In this document: positions 28,806-37,780 of the stretch, piece after piece
Layout of the letters: each line of letters opens with the position of its first letter
How positions within the stretch are numbered: position 1 is the stretch's first letter
Source of the DNA: a virus
Taxonomy: Duplodnaviria > Caudoviricetes
Virus record (IMG/VR): IMGVR_UViG_3300048853_000042
Span: 1-53,964 of that record
DNA length: 53,964 bases
Strand: one strand, 5' to 3'
Notes under the pieces: model-generated
Seen by the model: only the letters and a program-made list of their open reading frames with translations
Told to the model about the DNA's origin: nothing
Databases searched by the model: none
Position numbers and translations under genes: made by a program

Positions 28806-30164
28806 CTAAATCCCCTGTGAGGCGGGCATTGCGGCAGCTACTTCTTCTGCCGACTCATGCTCAGCAAGCCTTCCGTACTCCTCGATCGCAGCATCGAGAC
28901 CGGGGAGCGAGCCATCCTCTACCAGCGTGTTGACCAGCGCGTCAGAAACGGCGTCACGCGGGATGATCTCCTGCCCTGGCGTCGTGCCTACCAACTGCCG
29001 GGCTGCATCGGCCTTCGTCTTGAAGACGTCAGCCTTCTCCTTTTCCGACATGCCCCAGAGCGGTGCCCACTCGTAATAGATGTCAGGGTCGCGCGAGCCG
29101 AGAGCGCTCCGGATCAGGCATTCGTCGAGGCGCGCCATTGCCGGCGTCATCTCGACGGTCTGCATTGCCTGCAGGCGGTCGTAATAGTTGCGCAGGTCGC
29201 TTTCGCCGGTGGCGTTCATGCCGGCCGGCGACTGGCCGAGTAGCCGGGTAGCCGGGATGTCCGCGGCACCCGACACGATCTGCAGGAACGACATGAGGAC
29301 TTCCGGCAGCGTGGCGAAGCTCGCCGTCTTCTGCTCGTACTCCTCTTCCTTGTCGAGCAACAGGTCGCCGTTGATACCCTTGGCCGTGGCCGCAAGGGTG
29401 TAGCGCTCGAGGATCTTCGCCCGGTACTCCGCGTTGCCAAGGTTCTGCATGAAATCCGGAATGCGGATCACGTTCACCTTGGCCTCGAAAACCAGGCTGG
29501 CGATGTTCGCTGCGGTACCGTCCGCCTGCTTGATCGCATCGACGACCGACAGAAGCACGCTGTCGCCCCAACCGGCATAGGTCGTGGTTACGATGTCCTC
29601 GTCCGGCTGCTGACTGCCGTTGAAGATGACGAGGCGCGACGGGTGGATCAGGACTTGGACGCCGTCGGCCGAGTTCAGCTGGTAGACTTTCGGCTTTCCG
29701 TACCACTCGGAAGCCGGGTCTCGATCGATCTCGCCCGCCGTGAGATGGCGACGGGTCATGACCGTGAGATATTTCAGGCCGCCCTTCCCGATGCGCTCGA
29801 CGTCGAGCGACGCGGTCAGATCCTGGTCGCCGGTACCGATTACCAACGCTGCGCCGCCCCAGAGGCGCGCCTTGATGCGGGTTTCGAGCAGCTTGCCCAT
29901 TAGGTTCAGCCGCTTCTCTTCCGCTTCGATCGCCTCGATCTGAGGCTTCTTCGCCTGCCAGTCGCGCCAGGCGCGGATGCTGTCGAAGGCCGGAATGTCG
30001 ACGATCTTCCGCGGCAGCCACGCACCGCGGTACGCGTTGAGCAGCTCCTCGTCGGTGAGGATCGGCATCGAATACACGTTGGCCGCCGCCTTGTCCCGGC
30101 TGGTACCGAGGCTGGCTACCATGTTTGTCAGGCTGTCGCGGACGAGCGCGAAGATATTGGCCAT
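28806..30164 (-). CDS. Portal protein (DUF1073-like)
   Basis: IPATRLLGQSPAGMNATGESDLRNYYD; follows terL. Confidence 0.92.
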   Translation of the reverse strand: MANIFALVRDSLTNMVASLGTSRDKAAANVYSMPILTDEELLNAYRGAWLPRKIVDIPAFDSIRAWRDWQAKKPQIEAIEAEEKRLNLMGKLLETRIKARLWGGAALVIGTGDQDLTASLDVERIGKGGLKYLTVMTRRHLTAGEIDRDPASEWYGKPKVYQLNSADGVQVLIHPSRLVIFNGSQQPDEDIVTTTYAGWGDSVLLSVVDAIKQADGTAANIASLVFEAKVNVIRIPDFMQNLGNAEYRAKILERYTLAATAKGINGDLLLDKEEEYEQKTASFATLPEVLMSFLQIVSGAADIPATRLLGQSPAGMNATGESDLRNYYDRLQAMQTVEMTPAMARLDECLIRSALGSRDPDIYYEWAPLWGMSEKEKADVFKTKADAARQLVGTTPGQEIIPRDAVSDALVNTLVEDGSLPGLDAAIEEYGRLAEHESAEEVAAAMPASQGI

Positions 30165-30172
30165 GTCCGCTC

Positions 30173-31612
30173 CTAAACGTTCGCCAGCGTGTACGTGGAT
30201 CCGGTGATGTGCACGTTATCGGCCGCTATGACCGCATCAGCGAGGTTGTGCGACTTCACGCCGAGGTCTTTTTTGAGCTTGGCCTTCGGCACCACACGCT
30301 TCTTGCCCTCGGTCTCTACCCACCACGGTACGCAAAGCTCGGTGAACAGCGCATCGAGCTTTGCCCTGCCGATCTCAGAGGCGAATGACAGGATGTCTTC
30401 CGGCTTTATGGGCTGGCCTCGCGTCACTGCATTGAAGGTGAGCATCGCGCGGCGCGCCGTATTGGCCCACGCCTGCGCCTTTAGGTTCAGATACTCATCT
30501 TTGTTGAGCGGGCTGTTCTTGTTGAAGGGGTCGCTCGGTTTGTCGCCATCCATCACGGCGCCCCCGGCATGGAATGCGTAGTGCTTTACCTTCGCGCCCT
30601 CGACCTTGTTCTGCTCATCGATGTAGCCACCGACGAACGCGCCAACGCCAATTGTGTCGTATGACACCGTGGCTCCGGCATGCTTGGCCTTCGCCCAGAC
30701 CTTCTTGGCGTTCTGGACCAACTCATCTTTCCCAGATGACCAGTCCTCGGCGTCAACGAAGACGCCATGGATCTTATCCGCGGTCGCGCTCTTGTCCTCG
30801 CCGTCATCGGCAGGGTCAAAGCCGATGATATTGCGGCCGGTGAGGTTGACCTTCAGGACCTTGTGAGCGTCAACGCAGGCGTCCAGCCAGCGGCGCTTGA
30901 AGATCGAAAGCTCGCTGTCGCCGAGAGGCACGCCGCCATAGACGTGCTCGAACATCTCCGGGTCGCGTTCCTGCATCGCCGCGATATCGCGCAGCGCCTT
31001 GGCCGACAGGAACGGGTTTTCGGTGTAGTTGATCCGTCTGACGATGCAGTGCGGCGGCGTGTTGACGACGAAGTTCTTCCAGACGTAGTCGGTCACGAGC
31101 TTCGGGTTGAAGAGCAGGATCGCCAGGCTGTCTTCCTTGCGGATGGTCGGCCCGATGACCGTCCATTGCTCCTCTGTCAGCTTCTCGGCTTCCTCCACCC
31201 ATAGAACATCGACATCGGACGTGCCCTTGATGTCCTCAAGGTTTCGTTCGATGCCGTAAAAGATGAACTCCGATCCCGACGCCTTATGGATGATCGTCGT
31301 CTTCTGGACGTCGTACCTGGCGCTGAGGCCCAGATGAGCGATCGCCCATTTCAGTTCGGTGTAGACCGAATCCTGAATTCGGTTCTGGAAACGCCGGATG
31401 CACAGCACGCGCATCTTTACCGGGAGATGGTCGACCAGCCGAATAAGCTGACAAGCGGTGTCTCTCGTCTTCGAACTGGACCGGCCGCCATGCAGAACGG
31501 CGATGTCCGCTTCCCCTAGAAAGACCTGCTCCCAGAAATCGTAGAGCGCTGGGTTGGTAACCGGGCCACGCGCGATCAGCCCTTTTTCTCGTCCCTCAGC
31601 ACCTCGCGCCAT
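30173..31612 (-). CDS. terL: Terminase large subunit (PBSX-like)
   Basis: Walker A GGRSSSKT, Walker B WVEEAE, nuclease GFDPADDG and SHNLADA. Confidence 0.95.
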   Translation of the reverse strand: MARGAEGREKGLIARGPVTNPALYDFWEQVFLGEADIAVLHGGRSSSKTRDTACQLIRLVDHLPVKMRVLCIRRFQNRIQDSVYTELKWAIAHLGLSARYDVQKTTIIHKASGSEFIFYGIERNLEDIKGTSDVDVLWVEEAEKLTEEQWTVIGPTIRKEDSLAILLFNPKLVTDYVWKNFVVNTPPHCIVRRINYTENPFLSAKALRDIAAMQERDPEMFEHVYGGVPLGDSELSIFKRRWLDACVDAHKVLKVNLTGRNIIGFDPADDGEDKSATADKIHGVFVDAEDWSSGKDELVQNAKKVWAKAKHAGATVSYDTIGVGAFVGGYIDEQNKVEGAKVKHYAFHAGGAVMDGDKPSDPFNKNSPLNKDEYLNLKAQAWANTARRAMLTFNAVTRGQPIKPEDILSFASEIGRAKLDALFTELCVPWWVETEGKKRVVPKAKLKKDLGVKSHNLADAVIAADNVHITGSTYTLANV

Positions 31613-32172
31613 GTCCGGGTTTCCGTCTGGATCGGGCCGCCATCCTTTCCGGTGACCTCATTCTTTTCGATCACGAAGCCCATCAGCTTCGCCAAATCCA
31701 TCAGAGCCGCGCGTTTGTCGTGCATCTTGATCTTCACGCCGTTCTGCGTGAGCGAGACCTCTGACACTGCGGCGGCCGCCTCGTCGCTGATCTGGTCACT
31801 AGGGACAAGCTCGACGGGGTAGATGCCAAGGCCGTTCGGGTTAGCATTCTCAGATTCTGTGTCGACCGGGCTTCGGCCCCATCGCACCGCCTCCCGGATA
31901 TCAAGGAAGGCGATCTTTGCCAGTTCGGCGGCGACCCGCTCTTTCGTGATGGCGAGCTTCTCGATGACACGCTCATTGGCCTTGCGGTCGTTCTCTTCAG
32001 CCTGCTTTAGGATTTCGGCCACGCGATTTGAAATGCTTTCCTTCTGCTTTAGAACGGATGCATTTCCCCGGTTAGGCTTAAACCCCGCAAGCTGATATGC
32101 CTCGTCGGCCGTCTTACCTTTGGCGAGTTCCTGCGCGAACTTCTCGTGCCGTGCGTTCTTTAGGACGGGCAT
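31576..32172 (-). CDS. terS: Terminase small subunit
   Basis: LKNARHEKFAQ, AYQLAG, EVTGKDGGPI. Confidence 0.92.
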   Translation of the reverse strand: MPVLKNARHEKFAQELAKGKTADEAYQLAGFKPNRGNASVLKQKESISNRVAEILKQAEENDRKANERVIEKLAITKERVAAELAKIAFLDIREAVRWGRSPVDTESENANPNGLGIYPVELVPSDQISDEAAAAVSEVSLTQNGVKIKMHDKRAALMDLAKLMGFVIEKNEVTGKDGGPIQTETRTWREVLRDEKKG

Positions 32173-32194
32173 CGGTTAACCTTGGGGATCAAAC

Positions 32195-32470
32195 ATGGAA
32201 GACAAAGACAAACGATCAGATCTGCACCGGGCTAAACTCGGGATGGCTATGGTATCTGCTTGCTTGGTGCAGACGCTGAATGAGACCGACCCGACGTTTC
32301 AGAATCGGTTCCTGAAGCGCATGGAAGCCGCCTATCGCGAACTGAAAGACAACACGGGCGGAGATGTTAAGGAGCAGTTGGAGGCTCTTTCGTGGACGAT
32401 GGAGTTACTGACGGGATGGGACCCCATCGGTGGGCGTCAGGAACCCTTCCTTGCCGACTATGAGCCATGA
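32195..32470 (+). CDS. Hypothetical moron protein
   Basis: 91-aa ORF with GGGGA RBS, divergent from terS. Confidence 0.72.
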   Translation: MEDKDKRSDLHRAKLGMAMVSACLVQTLNETDPTFQNRFLKRMEAAYRELKDNTGGDVKEQLEALSWTMELLTGWDPIGGRQEPFLADYEP

Positions 32471-32490
32471 CTTTGATGGTGTCGCAATTT

Positions 32491-32658
32491 TCAGGCCTGA
32501 TCAGGCTCGCGCTTAAAGAACAGCACCCAATGGTAGGTGTTGCGCGGGACCGCCTGAACGAGGGCATATCCCTCTGCCGCCTTCTCGTTGATGAAGTCTT
32601 GCATGCTCTTGAGGCGGCCTGGGCCGGTATCGAAGGGCTCGACGAGGTATTCAGGCAT
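32491..32658 (-). CDS. 55-aa DUF4177-like protein (below the ORF-track cutoff)
   Basis: GAGGAG RBS; INEKAAEGYALVQ...VLFFKRE. Confidence 0.65.
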   Translation of the reverse strand: MPEYLVEPFDTGPGRLKSMQDFINEKAAEGYALVQAVPRNTYHWVLFFKREPDQA

Positions 32659-32715
32659 CTCATCTCCTCAAAGGGAAAGCCCCCGCTACCTGTCACGGCG
32701 GCGGGGCTGGGAAAG

Positions 32716-32833
32716 TCAGGACGGGCCGGGCTTGATACCAGCTGCTAGCGGCCGAACGCATCTAGCATCGACGCATCGCGTTCGATCAGGCTGGCGGTGA
32801 TCGCCTGCGTGTCCTTCCACGCCGCCGTCCTGA
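32716..32833 (-). ncRNA. tRNA-like cloverleaf element without CCA or a canonical anticodon arm
   Basis: 9-bp closing stem TCAGGACGG/CCGTCCTGA, D-like arm GCGTG-GAAGGA-CACGC, T-like arm GCTGG-TATCAAGC-CCGGC. Confidence 0.5.
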
Positions 32834-32951
32834 TCTGCTCGGGAAGACCGGTTAGTAGCAGCATCCCAGTAGCGGATGCCGTGATCCCTCGCCTTCCCGA
32901 TCTCGTGAGGCAATGCCTCGAATTCCTCACATTCAAAACTGCTAATGATGC

Positions 32952-33086
32952 ATGGACAAAGCCGGCATCGCCTTCCTCGTGCTCATCTGCATCCTCGCCG
33001 CTCTCGTGGTGAGCATCTTGGGGTTTGTCCCAGAAGAGGTGCCACCCGATGTACCGGAAGTGATCCCTCAGACGCCCCCAAAATGA
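32952..33086 (+). CDS. 44-aa single-TM protein with Pro-rich tail
   Basis: MDKAGIAFLVLICILAALVVSILGFVPEEVPPDVPEVIPQTPPK. Confidence 0.55.
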   Translation: MDKAGIAFLVLICILAALVVSILGFVPEEVPPDVPEVIPQTPPK

Positions 33087-33132
33087 ACCAGCTTTCCGGG
33101 AAGCATGGATCAATCTACTTTGACGATTATTA

Positions 33133-33189
33133 TTTATTCCTAATTAACTGATCTTCTTAGCCATTCTTCAAATCGTCGCGGCGTATAAC
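33133..33189 (+). promoter_or_regulatory. CtrA-type promoter of the pilin gene
   Basis: TTTA-N7-TTAAC at 33133-33148; TTAG-N7-TCAA at 33157-33171 straddling -35; TATAAC -10 at 33184. Confidence 0.6.
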
Positions 33190-33247
33190 CAGTGTCATCT
33201 GAGGGGAAAAACTCGGACAAGCCATTTTTAACGCCGGAGAAAACTAC

Positions 33248-33454
33248 ATGAAGAAGCTTTTTTCGAAGTTGGCCCGTGATGAGTCGGGTGCAACCGCAAT
33301 CGAATACGGTCTTATTGCAGCCCTCGTTTCCGTTGGCCTTATCATCGGCGCGCAGAGCCTCGGCACTTCGTTGAACAACACGTTCACCAATATTGGTACC
33401 ACGCTGGATAACAACCAGCCTCCGGCCGGCGGCGGTGGTGGCGGTGAGGGCTAA
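33248..33454 (+). CDS. flp: Flp/Tad type IVb pilin with Gly-rich C-terminal tail
   Basis: Prepilin cleavage and Flp motif RDESG|ATAIEYGLIAAL. Confidence 0.95.
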   Translation: MKKLFSKLARDESGATAIEYGLIAALVSVGLIIGAQSLGTSLNNTFTNIGTTLDNNQPPAGGGGGGEG

Positions 33455-33530
33455 CCGCTTCTTAACCTGAAGGATGTAGTCCTTTAGGCGAACCTGCTCG
33501 CTTCACGAGCTCGTTCAGCACCAACTAGAA

Positions 33531-33568
33531 ACCGGTCACTGCAAACGCGGCGACCGGTCTTTTCTTTT
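33531..33568 (+). terminator. Rho-independent terminator after the pilin gene
   Basis: ACCGGTC...GACCGGT stem followed by a T-rich run. Confidence 0.75.
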
Positions 33569-33647
33569 GTGGGTGTGCCTGTGACCATCTGACGACCCGA
33601 TATCGCCGGCTTAAGGCGGCCATCCGTTTTCAGGGCGGCACGAAAGA

Positions 33648-33725
33648 TGGTTGCGGCGGCAAGATTCGAACTTGCGACCTCCAGCTTATGAGGCTGGCGA
33701 GCTACCGGGCTGCTCTACGCCGACA
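33648..33725 (-). tRNA. Phage tRNA-Met(CAT), initiator-like body with atypical acceptor and anticodon stems
   Basis: GAGCAGCCCGGTAGCTC D-arm, CCAGC-CTCATAA-GCTGG, GCAAG-TTCGAAT-CTTGC, ACCA end. Confidence 0.85.
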
Positions 33726-33836
33726 TGAAATGGTGCCGGGCCACCCTCCCGGTTGGCCGCTGGGCCTTGGCGGCGTCACCCTCAGGTGGCCAAGGCTCCT
33801 CATAGGTCGGGGCGCAGCGGCTTCCCCTCGTATTGG

Positions 33837-34643
33837 TTATCTGGCGGCTCTCTTCATCCGCTCTCTGGCCTTCAACTCGTCTTTCATCCGCTCCATCTCT
33901 TCCGGGGAAGGATGTGTGCCGAGGAAATCGGCGGCCGGGACGTGCCGGCCGGTCGAGAGCTTGTACAGAAACACGCCAGCCTTGCGCTGGTGGCGAGAGA
34001 GTCCAATCACAGTGCCGAAATTCGATCGGGCGTCGCCCTTCTGGCGGTGCTGAAATTCGCCGAGCTTCCGCACATCCTTGATGCCGAACCCCGCCTTGTC
34101 CCTGACTGCGGCATCAGCCTCAAACAGGCCCATCATCGCGTTGGTCTTGGCGAAGGCGCCGAAATGTCGTTTGGCGGCCTCGTCATAGGCCATTGCCGCT
34201 TCAACTTCCGCGTCAAACAGGCCGACCACCAAGGGTTCACCGCTTACGGTGATGTGTGCCGCCCAGCGGCCGGAACTGGTCAGCGTGACGCCCTTGAACT
34301 TGGATGTCGTCTCACCAATCCGCTTGAACGAGTTCTGCGCATTCTCGGTAGCAGATGCCGGCCGAAGATTGCGCTTCCGGCAATCAAGGCCGTTTCCGTT
34401 CTCATGGTCGACGCGCTGGCCGGGCTCAACGCGAAGGATGAACGCATGGAGGCTGCTATGATGCTTCGGCAAGGTGGCGAGCGATGTCGCCCTGACATAG
34501 AACGTTCTGCCAGATGGCGCAGCGCACCACTTTCGGCTGGCGACGCGCTCCAGGTCATCAACGTCGACGAGGGCGAAGAGCCGCTTCCGGCCGGCAGATT
34601 TCTGCAACGGGATATATGCGGTATCGCCCTTTACGAAAGCCAT
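33837..34643 (-). CDS. HNH endonuclease with AP2 DNA-binding domain
   Basis: VDHENGNGLDCRKRNLR; SKFKGV...AAMAYDEAA. Confidence 0.9.
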   Translation of the reverse strand: MAFVKGDTAYIPLQKSAGRKRLFALVDVDDLERVASRKWCAAPSGRTFYVRATSLATLPKHHSSLHAFILRVEPGQRVDHENGNGLDCRKRNLRPASATENAQNSFKRIGETTSKFKGVTLTSSGRWAAHITVSGEPLVVGLFDAEVEAAMAYDEAAKRHFGAFAKTNAMMGLFEADAAVRDKAGFGIKDVRKLGEFQHRQKGDARSNFGTVIGLSRHQRKAGVFLYKLSTGRHVPAADFLGTHPSPEEMERMKDELKARERMKRAAR

Positions 34644-34757
34644 TCAGGCACAAGCCTCCACGCGGTGTAATTCACATCCGCTTAAGGGCGACACCTCTTG
34701 GACGACTATAGAAGCCCCAAAGGAACAGGCGTCAAACAAATCACTTGACACTGGAAT

Positions 34758-35378
34758 CTAAGCAATTTTCTCGGCGTACTCAACCGGAATTTCCACAGAA
34801 ACGAGCCCTTCCAGAGTTTCCACAACTGTTTTCAATGTCTTTCGGCCCGTTGCGTCAAGAACGCGGGCAACCATGCCGCCGAGGAGTTGATGATCACCGG
34901 TTATTCGAACCAGAGACTTGCACGGGAACATGTCGCGCAACTGCTTCTTTGTCACGTTTCCGTTGGCAACCGCTTCCTGCCGCTCCCTCATACGCTTAGC
35001 GCGATGGACGCGCTCGATGCTTTCTTCCTCTTCGTCACGCAAGGACTGAATCAGGTCATCTGCAATCTGCATCGGCCTACCGGCAATCCCAAGAATCGCT
35101 CCGACGCCATAGACTTGAGACAGATCGAAGAAGCTCCTCGGGCGGTTCACAAAAGCGTAGCCGACCAGCATGGGGGTGCGTTTCTCCAGCGTCTTCTTCG
35201 TTCTATGGTGCTTGTAGACGATCTGTGTCGACGGCATGAACACCTCGAAGCCCGCGTCCCTCAGGCTGCGCTCGATGATGAACTCGCCCTTGCGTTCTTC
35301 CGTCTCCCCTACCCGTGGCGATGCCTTGCGCTGGGTGCCGGGCCGGGCCTTGATCGCGTACCATTCGGTTCTCAGCAT
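34758..35378 (-). CDS. nusG: NusG-like transcription antiterminator (late regulator)
   Basis: WYAIK, FEVFMP, PMLVGYAFV and a KOW-like C-terminus. Confidence 0.85.
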   Translation of the reverse strand: MLRTEWYAIKARPGTQRKASPRVGETEERKGEFIIERSLRDAGFEVFMPSTQIVYKHHRTKKTLEKRTPMLVGYAFVNRPRSFFDLSQVYGVGAILGIAGRPMQIADDLIQSLRDEEEESIERVHRAKRMRERQEAVANGNVTKKQLRDMFPCKSLVRITGDHQLLGGMVARVLDATGRKTLKTVVETLEGLVSVEIPVEYAEKIA

Positions 35379-35395
35379 TTAAAATCCCTCGATTG

Positions 35396-35793
35396 CTATG
35401 CTCTGGCTTTGTGGTTTCGGCAGTAGCGGCCCGTCGTTTCGCCGCACAGAAGAGGTACGGGCCACCGGTGTTGAGAGGCCAGCAGCATTCGCCGGCCGTC
35501 AGTTCGTGGAGAAGCTTTGCGTGTGTGAGCCGCTCGGCGTCGTAGGCCGTGGCCGGGATTTCCGGTTCCGCCTTGAGGTCCGGTGCTTGCTCGCGCGGCC
35601 GACGTCTCGGCTCGCGCCTCGGTGCAGGCTTCCGCTTCTGGCGCGGTGGAAACCGGTCACGGTTGCGATAGGCGAGGCCGACGATGACGTTTCGGGAGAC
35701 GCCAAATCTGCTCGCGATCTGCGAAGCCGATAGGCCGTCTTTCCAGAGCTTGGCCGATGCCTCGATGTCGACGGTGCGGTGCTGGATGGTCAT
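35396..35793 (-). pseudogene. gcrA: GcrA-like cell-cycle regulator with a 1-bp frameshift near 35441
   Basis: LWKDGLSASQIA...SRNVIVG and CCWP..FC; the YCRNH motif and stop lie in the -1 frame. Confidence 0.7.
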
Positions 35794-36575
35794 GCTGCCC
35801 GCTCCTCTTCTGCCGGCTCCGCCGCTTCGATTTCGGCCTTTACCTTGCCGCGGTATGCCATCTGCTCGGCGGTGACCTGGCTGGCATCCGGGAGCGCCAG
35901 CATGCGGGCGAGCTCGTCGGCGCGCTCCGGCGATACCGGAGGGGGCTGGACGTTCAGCTTTGTCTGAATCCTGCTGCGGTTCACGCGGACGGCGATCGGC
36001 GACCAGATTTCGTCGATAGCCCATAGGTGGACGGAGCCGGCCGGCAGTTCCCGCGATTTGGCAAGCTGGGCGAATTCCAGATGGTCGACACCCTCGGCGA
36101 CCCGGACGAAGCCCTTCTCCGCCAGCGCGATGGCGCGCTCACGCTGGGTGACGCGCAGGTCCATCAGTCCATGAGAGCTGGGAAGCGTCCTGCTGACGGA
36201 GTCTTCAATCGCTCTCAGCGTTTCCTGCTTGCGGATCCGATCCTCACGGATGAGACGGCACTCGGCGTTGGCCATGGCCGCAAGCTCCGCCGGCAGGGGG
36301 ATGAAAGCCTTGTTGATGTTTTCGTATTCGCCGCGCTTCAGCTGTACGTATGCCCGGCGCAGCCCATGGACCGGCACGTTGCGGAGGGAAAGGCGGTATT
36401 CTTCGACCGGGTTCGCAGCAGTGATCGTTTCGGAGATGCGCATGCCGCCGCTCATGAGGCCTTCGATGCACTGGCCGATTTCGTCGGCGCCGGCCGGGGC
36501 AAGCTGCTCAGTGAGAGCGGAAATCTCCTGCTGCAAGGTCGACAGTTTGGCCGGTAAATTGTTCATCTGGTTCAC
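35790..36575 (-). CDS. Replication-associated protein (P/helicase-loader position)
   Basis: Follows the initiator; FIPLPAELA motif. Confidence 0.7.
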   Translation of the reverse strand: MNQMNNLPAKLSTLQQEISALTEQLAPAGADEIGQCIEGLMSGGMRISETITAANPVEEYRLSLRNVPVHGLRRAYVQLKRGEYENINKAFIPLPAELAAMANAECRLIREDRIRKQETLRAIEDSVSRTLPSSHGLMDLRVTQRERAIALAEKGFVRVAEGVDHLEFAQLAKSRELPAGSVHLWAIDEIWSPIAVRVNRSRIQTKLNVQPPPVSPERADELARMLALPDASQVTAEQMAYRGKVKAEIEAAEPAEEERAA

Positions 36576-37257
36576 CGTAGAGTTCTCGTTTCAGCCTTGC
36601 GTGGATGTCGTGGTGGCGTTGCATGGAAGGGCTTTGAGGCCGGGGCGGCGATTGCGATTGCTGCAACGGCCGGTCGTCGTATTTTCCTTCGAGGATCGAG
36701 ACGAAGCTCTTCGGCTGGCAGAGGAAGTCGAGATCGGCACGCCATCCCCGGTCGTTTTCGCCACGGCAGAACCGGCTGCGGCCGATCCGCTCGATGGCAT
36801 CGAGGACGGCAGGGAGACCGTGTTCCTCGATCCGCAGCAGCAACGAGCGGCGGCGAGATTGGGTGACCGCCCTTGGCACCGAGAGGCCGGACCGACGGGC
36901 CATGTCCGAAAACGCGGTGACGACCTGGTCGACCGCCGTGGGGGAAGAGCCCCCTTTAGGGGGCGAAGGGGGTATAGGATTGGAGGGGTTAGGAAGGGGG
37001 GTGTGGGGGGAAACCTCCGGGGAGGAAAGGGCCCCCACGTCCACCTGACTTCCACCTGTTTCCACCGGACTTCCACCGGACATAGCGGAATTCCGCTGTT
37101 TCCGCTTACGCTCGCGGTCCCACTCGCGCCTCTTCTCAGCAGCGAGATCGGAGGTTGGCGCCATTTCTCGCTCCATCTCCGCGACGGCAGCAACGATGGC
37201 CTCCGGGTCCATGCCAGCGGCAAGCATGTGCTTCAGGGCGGTGGCAATTACACTCAT
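36508..37257 (-). CDS. Replication initiator (O-like)
   Basis: RREWDRERKRKQR, Pro-rich linker, WRADLDFL...ILEGKY. Confidence 0.82.
   Translation of the reverse strand: MSVIATALKHMLAAGMDPEAIVAAVAEMEREMAPTSDLAAEKRREWDRERKRKQRNSAMSGGSPVETGGSQVDVGALSSPEVSPHTPLPNPSNPIPPSPPKGGSSPTAVDQVVTAFSDMARRSGLSVPRAVTQSRRRSLLLRIEEHGLPAVLDAIERIGRSRFCRGENDRGWRADLDFLCQPKSFVSILEGKYDDRPLQQSQSPPRPQSPSMQRHHDIHARLKRELYGEPDEQFTGQTVDLAAGDFRSH
37040..37081. repeat. Four iteron-like TCCACC(T/G)G repeats: putative replication origin
   Basis: Copies at 37040, 37051, 37061 and 37072 inside the initiator gene. Confidence 0.6.
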
Positions 37258-37352
37258 GCCGCTAGCCCCTCCTCGCATTCCTCGATAAAGTCGCGCTCAA
37301 GCGGCAGATTGATGCCCAAACATTCGCGATCGCGCTTTTTGTCCAGGGGACG

Positions 37353-37377
37353 GGAACGTTCAGACGTCGGCGACGTT
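37353..37377 (+). promoter_or_regulatory. Sigma-EcfG/RpoE2-type promoter
   Basis: GGAAC-N16-CGTT upstream of the DUF378 gene. Confidence 0.8.
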
Positions 37378-37409
37378 TGATGCGCTTCCAACCCACTTAG
37401 GAGAAGCAC

Positions 37410-37652
37410 TTGCGCGCGTTTAATCTCATCACACTCTTTCTCATCATCGTCGGCGGACTGAACTGGCTTTTGGTAGGACTCTTCGAGTTCGACCTCGTGG
37501 CGGCTCTGTTCGGCGGCCAGGATGCTGCCGTTTCCAGGATCGTTTACGTTCTGGTCGGCGCGTCCGCGGTATGGCAGTTGATGCCGTTCATCAGAGCCAT
37601 GTCCGTTGGGGAGACAGCGGCGGAAGCCAATATTGGCCATCATCACCGCTGA
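37410..37652 (+). CDS. DUF378 membrane protein (moron)
   Basis: IVGGLNWLLVGLFEFDLVAALFG...RIVYVLVG. Confidence 0.9.
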   Translation: MRAFNLITLFLIIVGGLNWLLVGLFEFDLVAALFGGQDAAVSRIVYVLVGASAVWQLMPFIRAMSVGETAAEANIGHHHR

Positions 37653-37780
37653 CCCGGTTCCTCGCACAATCATAGCCGCCGGCGCTTGCTCGCCGGCGGC
37701 CTGCTTTCCAGAAGTCCTGCGGCCCGCCGTCACAACCGTTGGGCACGACGAATGCATCGGGGCCTGCCTGAGCAACTCAT

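Noticed and set aside
28806-30164. Anti-CBASS Acb1 label often attached to this protein family
   Set aside because: Position after terL and motifs indicate a portal; no phosphoesterase extension is seen
20344-32185. Recurrent GGT(T/C)A(A)CCT motif just upstream of several late genes as a regulator site
   Set aside because: On the coding strand it reads AGGT.. a few nt before start codons, so it is most simply a Shine-Dalgarno variant
32716-32833. tRNA-Sec or other functional tRNA
   Set aside because: No 7-nt anticodon loop, no UCA anticodon, no TTCRA and no CCA
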